Numbered from the stretch's first letter, positions 1 through 9,912 are shown. The stretch is 64,000 nucleotides of DNA from Thermodesulfobacteriota bacterium (GCA_963667625.1 OY763921.1:1436679-1500678), one strand, 5' to 3'. The notes: generated by a model from the letters alone, not told the origin. A program made the numbers and translations.

Positions 1-322
1 GCACGCAGTCCTTTTTCCCCGCCCTGCCCAGAACGTAAGCGCGGTCGTCAGTTATGCGGTGACCGTTTTCTTCGATCAGACCCCCGAAACCGCTTGTAGA
101 GGCGAAGTCACAGGCATCGGAACCGTAAAAGACGATCTCCGCTCCAAGAGAACGAAATTTCCGGAGAAGCTCGGGCGGAGATAGGTTTTCAGGACCCCTG
201 AGGTCGCCGTTTGAGGCGGAGTCGAACACTGCGACGTTTACCAGGAGGCAGGTTGCCTCGCGGAACCTCCCCTCCATATCTGTCCTTATCTTTGTCAGAA
301 CATCCGTGCGGCGTTTTCGCAA
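1..322 (-). CDS. Hypothetical protein, runs off the left edge (possibly HAD/KdsC-like)
   Basis: Open minus-strand frame from TTG at 322 with GGGAG upstream (MRKRRTDVLTKIRTDMEGRFREATCLLVNVAVFD...). No stop before the window edge. Confidence 0.4.
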   Translation of the reverse strand, partial: MRKRRTDVLTKIRTDMEGRFREATCLLVNVAVFDSASNGDLRGPENLSPPELLRKFRSLGAEIVFYGSDACDFASTSGFGGLIEENGHRITDDRAYVLGRAGKKDCV

Positions 323-367
323 TTTACTCTAACTCCCACAACTTCCTTAAGTATAATTGTCACGATA

Positions 368-1084
368 ATGATACCGATTAGAAGCACAATAAAAACCGAA
401 ATCGTCCCCTATGTGAATTACGCGCTTCTCGCCGTAAACGTGCTAGTCTTCGCGTATACCCTTTTTCTTACGGGGGAAACGCTTCAGATGTTCTACCAGA
501 CGCACGGTATAGTCCCCGGCAAGATAACCGCCCTTGAAACCTACGGATTCCTCGGCAGAACGGCAAAATACTTCAGTTCGATGTTCATCCACGAAAACTG
601 GCTTCACCTGGCCGGCAATCTGGCCTTTCTCTACATATTCGGAAACGCAATCGAAGACCTGCTAGGCCACGCTAGATACCTGCTTTTCTATCTCGTGTGC
701 GGACTGATAGCAGTATTCATCCAGGTGGCTTTAAACTTCCACTCCTCAGTTCCGGTAATAGGAGCAAGCGGAGCGATTTCCGGAGTTCTGGGCGCGTACA
801 TGCTCTTTTTCCCAAGATCAAGGATTCTTACGCTTTTCATAGTTCTGGTGTTTGTCCACTTCGTGCGCATTAGGGCTTATCTCTTTATAATTTTCTGGTT
901 TGCCGTTCAGTTTCTGACCGGAATCGGCTATATTGGTGACGCGGGAACCGAGGGTCTGTGGGCGCACATGTCAGGATTTGCCTGCGGAGCCATAGCCGGA
1001 GGGAGCTTCCTTTACACGCGGGGATACAGAAGTAAAAAATACAAAGCCGGTTACGGAACGGGGTGGTACGGAGAAAATGACTAG
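368..1084 (+). CDS. Rhomboid family intramembrane serine protease
   Basis: Multiple TM helices, HENWLHLAGN, GASGAISG (catalytic Ser) and WAHMSGF (catalytic His). Confidence 0.92.
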   Translation: MIPIRSTIKTEIVPYVNYALLAVNVLVFAYTLFLTGETLQMFYQTHGIVPGKITALETYGFLGRTAKYFSSMFIHENWLHLAGNLAFLYIFGNAIEDLLGHARYLLFYLVCGLIAVFIQVALNFHSSVPVIGASGAISGVLGAYMLFFPRSRILTLFIVLVFVHFVRIRAYLFIIFWFAVQFLTGIGYIGDAGTEGLWAHMSGFACGAIAGGSFLYTRGYRSKKYKAGYGTGWYGEND

Positions 1085-2324
1085 CAGGAAAATGGACAAT
1101 CTGGGAATAATAGCGGCCGGAGGACCCGCCCCCGGGATAAACGGCGTTATAAGCTCGGCGACGATCGAGGCCAGAAACAGGGGAAAGAAAGTAATAGGAA
1201 TTCTCGACGGGTTTAAGTGGATCTCCATGGGAGACACCTCGAAAGTCCTGAATCTTGATATCCAGAACACTTCGAGGATTCATACAACCGGCGGCTCTAT
1301 TATCGGAATATCAAGACAAAGTCCCCTTGCGACTGAGGAAACCTTTAAAAACACGGTTTCCTCGATTGAAGAACTCGGCATAGGAAACCTGATAACCATA
1401 GGCGGCGACGGAACAATGTTTCTCGCAAAAACGCTTTACGAGCACTTCGGGGGAAGATTAAAAATAGCGCACCTGCCCAAGACCATAGACAACAATATCG
1501 CCCTCCCCGACTACATCTCAACCTTCGGATTCGAGACCGCAAGGGATGTGGGAGCAAAGATAATGAATAACATAATGGAAGAGGCAAAAACTACGGGCAG
1601 GTGGTTTCTGATTATAACCATGGGCAGGAGGACAGGCAATCTGGCTCTTGGAATCGGGCAGTCCGCCGGGGCTACAATAACGATAATCCCAGAGGATTTT
1701 AAGAAGGAAAAAGTGCCGCTTGATGAGGTCATAGCCATTCTTGAGGGCTCCATAATAAAAAGAATGAGCATGGGGAGAGAATACGGAGTGGCTATACTCG
1801 CCGAAGGGATGCTTGACAAGATAGACCCCGTTGACTTGGGACTTATGGACAAGGACAACATGGGAAGAATAAGATACGTTGACGTTAACTTCGGTCAGCT
1901 TCTGAAAAACACTCTCGCCGAAAAACTCTCCGAAAAAGGAGTCAAAGTGGAACTGGTGCACAAGAGACTTGGCTATGAAATGCGCTCGGCCAGCCCGATT
2001 CCGTTTGACGTCGACTATACCCGAAAGCTCGGATACTGCGCCGTCAAGTACCTGCTAGACGGAAAGGGAGACGGATCTCTTGTATACGTAAGAACGGGGA
2101 AAATGCAGGCGATCCCGTTTCAGGAATTAATAGATAAGAAGACAAACAGCATTAAAGTAAGATATGTTGACAAGAACACAGAAGCCTACGAGGTTTCGCA
2201 GAAATATATGATCAAGTTAAAACGCGAGGATATCGAAACACCCGCGACCCTTAAAAAGCTCTCTGAACAGACCAACCTTAGCAGCAACAAATTCAGGGAG
2301 TACTTCGCGAAAATCTTCCGCTGA
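1077..2324 (+). CDS. 6-phosphofructokinase (PfkA family, resembles short-clade PPi-type scaffold)
   Basis: GGPAPG, IGGDG, PKTIDN, MGR and LGYEMRS motifs. Overlaps the rhomboid stop by 8 nt. Confidence 0.92.
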   Translation: MTSRKMDNLGIIAAGGPAPGINGVISSATIEARNRGKKVIGILDGFKWISMGDTSKVLNLDIQNTSRIHTTGGSIIGISRQSPLATEETFKNTVSSIEELGIGNLITIGGDGTMFLAKTLYEHFGGRLKIAHLPKTIDNNIALPDYISTFGFETARDVGAKIMNNIMEEAKTTGRWFLIITMGRRTGNLALGIGQSAGATITIIPEDFKKEKVPLDEVIAILEGSIIKRMSMGREYGVAILAEGMLDKIDPVDLGLMDKDNMGRIRYVDVNFGQLLKNTLAEKLSEKGVKVELVHKRLGYEMRSASPIPFDVDYTRKLGYCAVKYLLDGKGDGSLVYVRTGKMQAIPFQELIDKKTNSIKVRYVDKNTEAYEVSQKYMIKLKREDIETPATLKKLSEQTNLSSNKFREYFAKIFR

Positions 2325-2408
2325 CGCCGCACGCTGCGTTCGTTTCCAGCCCAAGCAGTTTCTCCGCGAAACTGGCGGGACGCAAATTGGAAGAAAAGCC
2401 AACTAACA

Positions 2409-4103
2409 TCAGTCCTTTATGTGATGTTTTTCGTGAACCGGTTTTATCAGGAGATTGCTTATCAAAGCGATTACTAACAACGCTGCCATCACATACATCG
2501 TCGAGTTGTACAAGGAAGCCGTCGGGTCTACTGTCCCCTCAGGCGCGATATCCATGAGTTTCGCGAGCGTTACGGTTTTATTTTGCACGAGTATCTCGAG
2601 GTCGTTAACTCCGGCTCCGAAAGTCTTGACGAATTGTTGTGGTGATACCGTTTCGGCGAGGCGATTGATTTCGACCATAAGCGAACGATCTCTAAGCGAG
2701 GTGACCGCCAGGGGACCGAGCACCCCGGCGACGCTCCAAGCGGTCAGCAAACGTCCATAGATGCCGCCGACGTAACGAGTACCGAACAGGTCAGCAAGAT
2801 ATGCCGGAACGGTAGCGAAGACACCTCCGTAGAAAGTAAAAATTATCATCGTCGCCGCGTAAAACATTAACAGCCAGAAAATCGAAGGATTAAGGTTCAC
2901 CTGATGGGCGGCCACAGGAATGGACAAATACAACAAAAAACCGACCGCGCAAAATATCGAACATGTATTGCGCCGCCCTAGTTTATCGGAGGCGCTAGCC
3001 CACATAATGCGCCCTAGCATGTTGAACATGCCGATCATCAAGACGTAAGTGGCGGCAAAGGTGACGTCAACAATATCCGGAAGCGAGTTACTGAATATCT
3101 CGGTCATCATTGTCTTGGCGACAGAGATAATCCCGATGCCGGCTGTAACGTTAAGGCACAGTACGACCCACACCTGGTAGAACTGAGGTGTTTTTAACGC
3201 CTGATCCATATGCACATCCTTCTGACTGATCATTCGCTTGCTAGAATCCCCGCCGGCCGGCGGCTCCCATCCTTGCGGTTTATATCCCGGAACCGGGATA
3301 CGATATAAAAACGCCGAGACCATTATCACAAGAAAATAAACCACTCCGAAGAAAAGAAAGGTCTGGGCGACTCCCGAGGAACCGGTGCCAACCACATACA
3401 CCCCGGCCGCTTCGGTTCCGGGCGCCAGCACATGTATCGCCTCGGCAGCCCCCGCGACGACAACCTCTTTGAGCTGACCGCCAACTTCGGCAAAGCGTCG
3501 ACCCGAATGAGTGATCATATCGACGGCGTCGACCGTCCCCAAGTATTGAGGCGCCTTGTAAAAATACTGGAGGAAGAATTCCTTAAGCGGCACAGCGATC
3601 ATCGCCCCACCGCCGAAGCCCATGATCGCCATTCCGGCAGCCAGACCGCGTCGGTCCGGAAACCAGCGAATCAAATTGCTGACCGGAGAAACATAACCAA
3701 AACCCAGACCGATACCGCCGATTACGCCGTAGCCCAGATAAATCAGCCACAGTTGATGCAAGGTAACACCGAGGCTGCTGAGTATATAACCGCCGCCCCA
3801 AAAACACGCCGCCATCACACCGACCATGCGTGGTCCCACCTTCTCAACCCATTTGCCGGCAAACGCCGCCGTAAGCCCGGTGAATGCGATCGCGACGCTG
3901 AATATCCACACTACCTGACGCAAAGTCCAGTCGTCCGCCGAACTAGTGGCAACGCCAAGTACCTCAATTAACGCGGGATTATAGATACTCCAGGCGTAAA
4001 CGGAACCAATGCACAGGTGAACCGCAACAGACGGAGGCACAACCAGCCAGCGGTTGAATTCCGGACCTCTAACGATACGTTCTTTTGATAAAAGACTCGC
4101 CAT
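2409..4103 (-). CDS. OFA family MFS transporter (oxalate:formate antiporter-like)
   Basis: HLCIGSVYAWS, WFPDRRGLAAG and GRLLTAWS motifs. Start placed at ATG 4103 (MASLLSKE) because the ORF-track extension overlaps the tRNA. Confidence 0.9.
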   Translation of the reverse strand: MASLLSKERIVRGPEFNRWLVVPPSVAVHLCIGSVYAWSIYNPALIEVLGVATSSADDWTLRQVVWIFSVAIAFTGLTAAFAGKWVEKVGPRMVGVMAACFWGGGYILSSLGVTLHQLWLIYLGYGVIGGIGLGFGYVSPVSNLIRWFPDRRGLAAGMAIMGFGGGAMIAVPLKEFFLQYFYKAPQYLGTVDAVDMITHSGRRFAEVGGQLKEVVVAGAAEAIHVLAPGTEAAGVYVVGTGSSGVAQTFLFFGVVYFLVIMVSAFLYRIPVPGYKPQGWEPPAGGDSSKRMISQKDVHMDQALKTPQFYQVWVVLCLNVTAGIGIISVAKTMMTEIFSNSLPDIVDVTFAATYVLMIGMFNMLGRIMWASASDKLGRRNTCSIFCAVGFLLYLSIPVAAHQVNLNPSIFWLLMFYAATMIIFTFYGGVFATVPAYLADLFGTRYVGGIYGRLLTAWSVAGVLGPLAVTSLRDRSLMVEINRLAETVSPQQFVKTFGAGVNDLEILVQNKTVTLAKLMDIAPEGTVDPTASLYNSTMYVMAALLVIALISNLLIKPVHEKHHIKD

Positions 4104-4151
4104 TGGCTGTATCACGTAGTTAGTCGCCGAGGTGGAACTGAAGCTACATAC

Positions 4152-4223
4152 AGCCGACGAGGGGATTCGAACCCCTGACCTGCTCATTACGAATGAGCTG
4201 CTCTACCACTGAGCTACATCGGC
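4152..4223 (-). tRNA. tRNA-Thr(CGT)
   Basis: GCCGATGTAGCTCAGTGGTAGAGCAGCTCATTCGTAATGAGCAGGTCAGGGGTTCGAATCCCCTCGTCGGCT folds as a cloverleaf with anticodon loop TTCGTAA and a GGTTCGAATCC T-arm. CCA is not encoded. Confidence 0.96.
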
Positions 4224-4557
4224 AGTAATCATCCGGTTAATTATGACACAGGAAAAAAAATTTTGTGAATATTAGAAAAAGAAAATTTGGCGATCATTCC
4301 CATTTCGAAGCAGGCACAATTGCCTTGGGAGTGAATGCTAAAATTGATTTTCCACCCCCTTCCTTATAAATAGCTCCCGCTCAAAGACAACCACAAAATA
4401 TTGCTACCCTCTGGGAGAAGGACATCCTCCTTAATTCTTAAGGCAATTTTTGTCGGGATTGTGTTATATTCAGAATCACTAACGACCGGAGAGAAACCGC
4501 CTTGTCGGACCTCCGTCGAATACAACACTTTTTAGGGGAAATAGACGGAACATCCCG

Positions 4558-5496
4558 ATGAGGATTCTAGTAACGGGCGCAGCTGGGTCCGTGGGCGCAA
4601 AACTGGTGGAGCAGCTAGCGCAGTCGGATGACGTGGATGGCATTGTAGCACTCGACTGTCTCCCAGTGAGCGCATCTCACCCGAAAGTCGTGGCGTTCCA
4701 GCAGGACATCCGGGAACCCATTGCGGACATCCTGCGCGAGCAGGGTGTCGATGCGGTTGTCCACCTGGCCTTTCTGCTACAGCCCGGCCACAACCGCGAG
4801 GCGGCACACCGGGTGAACGTAGGCGGCACGGCACAAGTGTTGCACGATTGTCGGGTTGTCGGTGTGCAACGCTTCGTCTATCTCAGCAGCACCACAGTAT
4901 ACGGTGCCCGCCCTGGCACCGAACAGCCGTACACGGAGGAATCACCCGTCCGGCCCGTTCGCGGCTTTCAGTATGCTGAGGACAAGGTTGCAACGGAGCT
5001 CATGCTGAAGGCTTTCGCGGCGGACAATCCCGGTGCCTGCGTCACCGTGCTGCGCGGGTGCACGGTCATGGCGCCTCGATGCGAGAACTTCATCACGCAG
5101 GTCTTTTCCAGGATGGCACTTGTCCGCATTGCTGGCGCGGATCCGCAGATGCAGTTTATCCATCTGGACGACCTGCTGGAAGCGTTGGAACTGTGCCTGC
5201 TGGAGCCCGTGTCTGGCGTGTTCAACGTCACCGGAGAAGGCACCATCGCCCGCAGCGAGATCGCGCGCGTTGCGGGTCGGCACCCGGTGGCCCTGCCGGC
5301 GCCGCTTCTCGCGTTCATCACGCAGGTGACATGGATGCTGCGACTGCAGAGTGACTCGCCTGCGTGTGGCCTCGCGATGGCGCGATGGCCGTGGGTGGCC
5401 AGCAACGAGAAACTGGCGAGAGAGACCGGATTCCGTCCGCGGTACACCTCGCGGGAGGCGCTCATGAACTCGGCGCTGGCAGCTAACAGCGACTAG
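4558..5496 (+). CDS. NAD-dependent epimerase/dehydratase (extended SDR)
   Basis: TGAAGSVG Rossmann motif, VHLAF, SSTTVYG and YAEDK (YxxxK). Confidence 0.88.
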   Translation: MRILVTGAAGSVGAKLVEQLAQSDDVDGIVALDCLPVSASHPKVVAFQQDIREPIADILREQGVDAVVHLAFLLQPGHNREAAHRVNVGGTAQVLHDCRVVGVQRFVYLSSTTVYGARPGTEQPYTEESPVRPVRGFQYAEDKVATELMLKAFAADNPGACVTVLRGCTVMAPRCENFITQVFSRMALVRIAGADPQMQFIHLDDLLEALELCLLEPVSGVFNVTGEGTIARSEIARVAGRHPVALPAPLLAFITQVTWMLRLQSDSPACGLAMARWPWVASNEKLARETGFRPRYTSREALMNSALAANSD

Positions 5497-5549
5497 TTAA
5501 TTTCCCCTGCTACATAAATCGGCAGTCTGGCTAGCATTGCATATAGTTC

Positions 5550-5582
5550 TACAACAAGATTGTTGACAACAATCTTGTTGTA
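5550..5582. repeat. 33-bp nested palindrome between convergent genes
   Basis: TACAACAAGATTGTTG-A-CAACAATCTTGTTGTA has perfect 16-bp arms around one central base. Confidence 0.85.
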
Positions 5583-5584
5583 TA

Positions 5585-6982
5585 TCAGCGGACCATATCC
5601 ACATGAATTTTTCTGGCCGCAAGTTCCGCTGAATACACGCAATCGGGAATGCCAACGCCAAAATAAGCCGCTCCGCAAAGCGCAAGCCCCGAGTGGCGCG
5701 AAAGTCGGTGCATAACCCCCGAGACCTCCTCTTTATGTCCCAGAGCAAAGCGTGGCATGGACATCGGATATCTCCGTATATAAACCTCCGCCGGATTGTT
5801 ATCGAATCCGAAAACTCTCGCAAGTTCTTCCCTTAAGACGGATTTTATTTCTTCCTCATCCCAAAGCATCGCATCGGGGTTAAGCTCTCCTCCGAGAAAG
5901 CACCTTATCACCACTTTTCCGCTCCCGGATTTTCCGGGAAACTTGCTGCTGTAAAGCGAACACGCAACGAGGTTCATTTCCTCCTTGGAAGGAATTATAA
6001 CCCCCAAACCGTCTGGAAGACCGCGGAAATCCGTCTCATCGAAAACAAGAGTCGCAACGACGGAAGAAACATATCGCACTCCCGAGAGTCTGGTTCCAAG
6101 CTGCGGATCGATATCAGAAAGCAGCCGGCCGGCAGTACCGGCCCCGACAGACAGGATGACAGCGTCAAACTCCTCTTCTCCACGCTCAGAACCGACAAGC
6201 CATCCTTTTTCTGATTTTTTGAGGGAAAGAACTGGGGTCTTGTAATCCTGCCTTGCAAATTCGGCACTTCCGCAAAGTCTTTCGACGATAACGGACATTC
6301 CCTCCGCCGGAGTGAGAAAAAGGCCGTATCTGGCACCGCTTTCCCCACGGGACGTCGGAGGATTGCGAAGAAGGTCCCGAAGAACGCTTCCGCTTCGCTT
6401 CTCCATCTCAAGAAACTGTGGCATTGTGGCCGAAAGACTCAGTTTTTCGGGATCGGCCATGTAAATTCCGCCCAGAAGAGGCTGCGCGGCCTTGTCGAAA
6501 ATTTCCCTTCCGAACCTCCTTTCCACAAAAGAACGGACGCTTTCATCCCCTCCCCCACCGCGAGGAATCAGAAGCTCAAGAAGCACTCTGAGTTTAGCCC
6601 CGGCGCTGAACAGTCCGCTTCGCAGAAATGGGAGAAGCTTTGAGGGGGCCATCAGGAAAAAACCTTCGGGAAGCGCCCAAAGTCTTCCCGCCTGATAAAC
6701 GAACGTGGTTTTCCCCTTGCCGTATCCCACCCCAAGGAGTGAATCCTCAAGTCCAAGCTCTCTTGCAAGGTCAAGCGCCCAGGGCTTTGAAGTTATAAAG
6801 GAGTCGGGCCCGAGTTCAAGAACCATGTCCCCCGTTTTTACGGTATCAAGAACCCCTCCCGGACGTGCGGAGGACTCGAAAAGAACAAGTTCAAGGGGAA
6901 CATTACCATCCCGATAAAGCTTTCTCAGGTAGTGGGCCGAGGAAAGACCCGAGATCCCCGCGCCGACAATCGCAACTTTCAT
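5585..6982 (-). CDS. hemY: HemY-type proto/coproporphyrinogen oxidase
   Basis: N-terminal GAGISG FAD motif, ELGPDSF and C-terminal GVGIPDCV. Lies in the hem cluster. Confidence 0.92.
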   Translation of the reverse strand: MKVAIVGAGISGLSSAHYLRKLYRDGNVPLELVLFESSARPGGVLDTVKTGDMVLELGPDSFITSKPWALDLARELGLEDSLLGVGYGKGKTTFVYQAGRLWALPEGFFLMAPSKLLPFLRSGLFSAGAKLRVLLELLIPRGGGGDESVRSFVERRFGREIFDKAAQPLLGGIYMADPEKLSLSATMPQFLEMEKRSGSVLRDLLRNPPTSRGESGARYGLFLTPAEGMSVIVERLCGSAEFARQDYKTPVLSLKKSEKGWLVGSERGEEEFDAVILSVGAGTAGRLLSDIDPQLGTRLSGVRYVSSVVATLVFDETDFRGLPDGLGVIIPSKEEMNLVACSLYSSKFPGKSGSGKVVIRCFLGGELNPDAMLWDEEEIKSVLREELARVFGFDNNPAEVYIRRYPMSMPRFALGHKEEVSGVMHRLSRHSGLALCGAAYFGVGIPDCVYSAELAARKIHVDMVR

Positions 6983-6997
6983 AATGAATTATCTTAC

Positions 6998-7939
6998 TTA
7001 TTGCCGGGAGTTTTCTGAATCGATGAGCCTCAGCACCCCGTCGCCCAGAGCTATTATGTAGCGGTCATCGTCGTTTACGGTTTCGGCCCTGTAGAGGTTA
7101 ACCCCGCACTCGCGCGCAGCCTCGGTCGCCTCAACCCCTATATCAAAAAGCACCTCGATATGATCGCAGACAAATCCTATCGGCTGGATCACGATATCCG
7201 TGAAGCCCTGCTCAGCAAGATTTCCTATCACATCGCATACGTCCGGTTCAAGCCATTTTTCATTCGGAGAGCCGCTTCTGCTCTGATAGGCGATCATCCA
7301 TTTTTTGTGCCCGACTCTGTCCGCCACCAGCATGGAGGAAGTTTCAAACTGCAGGGCATAGGGAGACGAATCCGACATCCTCTCGGGAATGCTGTGAGCC
7401 GTAAAGACCAGCATGGTGGTATCGAGCCTGTTCTCGGGAATTTCGCGCATTTGTTCAGTTACCTTAGCTGCAGAGCCTTCTATGAAAAGAGGATGATTAA
7501 AAAGCGGCGGAACATATTCCACATGAAGCTCCATCTTGAGATCTTCGCAGGCCTCGCTTACATCCCTCATGTACCTCTCCCAGCTCGCATCGGAGCGGTA
7601 AGCAGCCATTATGAGGCCTACCAGGTTCTTCACACCATTTTCACGCATCTGCTCAAGGGAATCCTTAATGAACGGATGCCAGTTTCTCATCCCGACGTAA
7701 ACCGGAAGATCATAACCCCACCCGGAAAGAAGCTTCTCAAGTTTTTGGGCCTGCTTGTAGGTGAATTCGTTGAGCGGAGACTTCCCGTCGAAGATTTCGT
7801 AGTGATGGGCGACTTCCCGCAGTCTGTCCTCGGGTATCGGTCTCCCGCTAGCCACATTTCTGAGAAAGGGCATTATGTCCTCTTTTTTCTCGGGAGCCCC
7901 GTATCCGATCATCATTACGGCGTCAAAATTATTTCGCAT
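6998..7939 (-). CDS. hemH: Ferrochelatase
   Basis: FTAHSIP, YQSRSG...WLEP and GFVCDHIEVLFD motifs. Confidence 0.93.
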   Translation of the reverse strand: MRNNFDAVMMIGYGAPEKKEDIMPFLRNVASGRPIPEDRLREVAHHYEIFDGKSPLNEFTYKQAQKLEKLLSGWGYDLPVYVGMRNWHPFIKDSLEQMRENGVKNLVGLIMAAYRSDASWERYMRDVSEACEDLKMELHVEYVPPLFNHPLFIEGSAAKVTEQMREIPENRLDTTMLVFTAHSIPERMSDSSPYALQFETSSMLVADRVGHKKWMIAYQSRSGSPNEKWLEPDVCDVIGNLAEQGFTDIVIQPIGFVCDHIEVLFDIGVEATEAARECGVNLYRAETVNDDDRYIIALGDGVLRLIDSENSRQ

Positions 7940-7950
7940 GGAAATGTCTT

Positions 7951-9912
7951 CTAGACCTCCCTTAGCGCGGAATACTCGTGAACCTCATCAATCAGTCTCA
8001 GAACATTATCAACCGGCGTCTGCGGCAGTACTCCGTGACCCAGATTGAATATATGCCCGGGCCTCCCTCCCACTCTGTCCAGTATCTTCCTCGCTTCCCC
8101 CACGACATGAGACGGGGTTGAGAGCATCGAAACCGGATCAAGATTCCCCTGAACCGCAAGAGAACTTCCTGCCCTCTGCCAACCGTCAAGAATATCGACC
8201 CTCCAGTCAAGACCGATAACTCCAGCTCCGGTCTTCCCCATGAGTTCGAGCAAAGAACCGGTTCCGGTTCCGAACAGTATTACCGGAACTTCCGGCGGGA
8301 GCGCCGAGATAAGTTTCTTTACATGCGGAAAAACGAATCTTTCGTAATCCGCCGGGGAAAGACAACCCACCCAGCTGTCGAAAATCTGCACGGCATCGGC
8401 CCCGGCATCCACCTGAGCGCAGAGATAATCCGAAATGCTCTCGGTAAGGATTTCCATCAGTCTCTCCCAGAGGGAAGGATCTCCATACATGAGTTTTTTC
8501 GTGTTTACGTAGTTTTTCGAGCCGCTTCCCTCAACCGCGTAGGAAGCCACGGTAAACGGAGCTCCGCTAAAACCAATAAGCGAAACTTCGGGGGCAAGCG
8601 CCTTTCTAGTAATACGCAGAGCCTCGTAGACAAAATCCATGCTTTCGGGATCAAAGTCCCTCAGGGCCTCTATGCGCTTTCGGGTCCTAAGAGGCTTGGC
8701 TATCACGGGGCCGTCGACGCTTGAGTACTCAAGGGAAAGCCCCAGGGGTTCCAGTATGAGGAGTATGTCTGAGAAAATGATGGCCGCGTCCACGCCGAAG
8801 CGGTCAACCACCATCAGCGTAATTTCCGAGGCCATATCCGGGGTCTTGCAAAACTCCTTGAAAGAAACGCGGGAGCGGGCCTCCCTGTATTCCCGAAGGA
8901 ACCTGCCGGCCTGGCGCATAAGCCAGATGGGAGTATAATCAGCTTTCTCGAGTCGACACGACTTCATAAATGCTCCTGCAGAAGTGATCTCTCTCCTTTG
9001 GTCCTGCGCGGTGTCCCCCGACCAGACCATCTGCGTACGGTTCCAGTTCCGGGTATCCACCCCGTTTTGAAAAGCTGTTCTTTTCTTTGCCAGAAGCGAG
9101 GCCGATCTCCTAGCAACCTCTCTCACCAGATTTCCCATCTTCGGGCTGTCGGGCTCATAGTCAACGGATATTCCATTTTCCCTGAGCGTCTCCGTGGTGG
9201 TCGGTCCAATCGAACATACAAGCGCTTTTTTTATCCCCTCGATTAAGTCGGCGGCACACTCTTCTCCGCCTGCCACCTCAAAAAGGTTGGATACCTGCCG
9301 GGAACTTGTGAACAGGAGGCAGTCCTCCTCCCCTTCGGATATGGATCTTACAGCATCGCGCAGGGGACCCAAGTCCTCCGGCAGCGCCCACCTGTAAATG
9401 GGAATTCTTCTTACGTCAGCCCCTCTTTTTTCAAGAGAAGCGAGAAACTCCTCGTTGGAAACCCCGTATTCCTGAACGTACACGACTAGGTTTTCAAGCA
9501 ACATGTCCCTCTGGTCAAAAGTGGAAAGTATGTCTCTCCACGTGTTCGGTTCGGAAACGGTTATATCAGGTCTTATACCAAATTTGCGAAGGGCCGCGAC
9601 GGGTTTAGGACCTCTAGCAAGAATCGTCGTCGCGCGCAGGGCATCCAAATATTTTTTTTCTCCCGACTCAGCAATTACGATGTCGGAGAGTATCCGTGTG
9701 CCTACCCCCGTCATGAGAACAAGAAGGTCGATTTTGCCTGAGAAGAGATCATCGGCAAACCCGGCAACGTAAGGACTTTTAAGGTCGGGGACTTCCCTCA
9801 TCGAGGGTGCGACCCTAGGCACACCGCCGTGATAAGAGATGAGTTTTTTCATCTCCTCGCAACGGCGACTTTCAAAAGACGTTACCTTAAGCCCGTTAAA
9901 ACCCTGTTTCAT
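7951..9912 (-). CDS. hemE: Fused uroporphyrinogen-III synthase (HemD) and uroporphyrinogen decarboxylase (HemE)
   Basis: N-terminal HemD-like half (FESRR, MTGVG, ARGPKP, FTSS, SIGPTT) and C-terminal HemE half (PIWLMRQAGR, FSDIL, QIFDSW, NLGHG) in one frame. Confidence 0.92.
   Translation of the reverse strand: MKQGFNGLKVTSFESRRCEEMKKLISYHGGVPRVAPSMREVPDLKSPYVAGFADDLFSGKIDLLVLMTGVGTRILSDIVIAESGEKKYLDALRATTILARGPKPVAALRKFGIRPDITVSEPNTWRDILSTFDQRDMLLENLVVYVQEYGVSNEEFLASLEKRGADVRRIPIYRWALPEDLGPLRDAVRSISEGEEDCLLFTSSRQVSNLFEVAGGEECAADLIEGIKKALVCSIGPTTTETLRENGISVDYEPDSPKMGNLVREVARRSASLLAKKRTAFQNGVDTRNWNRTQMVWSGDTAQDQRREITSAGAFMKSCRLEKADYTPIWLMRQAGRFLREYREARSRVSFKEFCKTPDMASEITLMVVDRFGVDAAIIFSDILLILEPLGLSLEYSSVDGPVIAKPLRTRKRIEALRDFDPESMDFVYEALRITRKALAPEVSLIGFSGAPFTVASYAVEGSGSKNYVNTKKLMYGDPSLWERLMEILTESISDYLCAQVDAGADAVQIFDSWVGCLSPADYERFVFPHVKKLISALPPEVPVILFGTGTGSLLELMGKTGAGVIGLDWRVDILDGWQRAGSSLAVQGNLDPVSMLSTPSHVVGEARKILDRVGGRPGHIFNLGHGVLPQTPVDNVLRLIDEVHEYSALREV

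Noticed and set aside
4104-4187. N-terminal extension of the OFA transporter in the ORF track
   Set aside because: It overlaps the tRNA-Thr gene, and ATG 4103 gives the family-like N-terminus.
4391-4406. NrdR-box-like CCACAAAATATTGCTA
   Set aside because: It is a single imperfect copy with no ribonucleotide reductase gene nearby.
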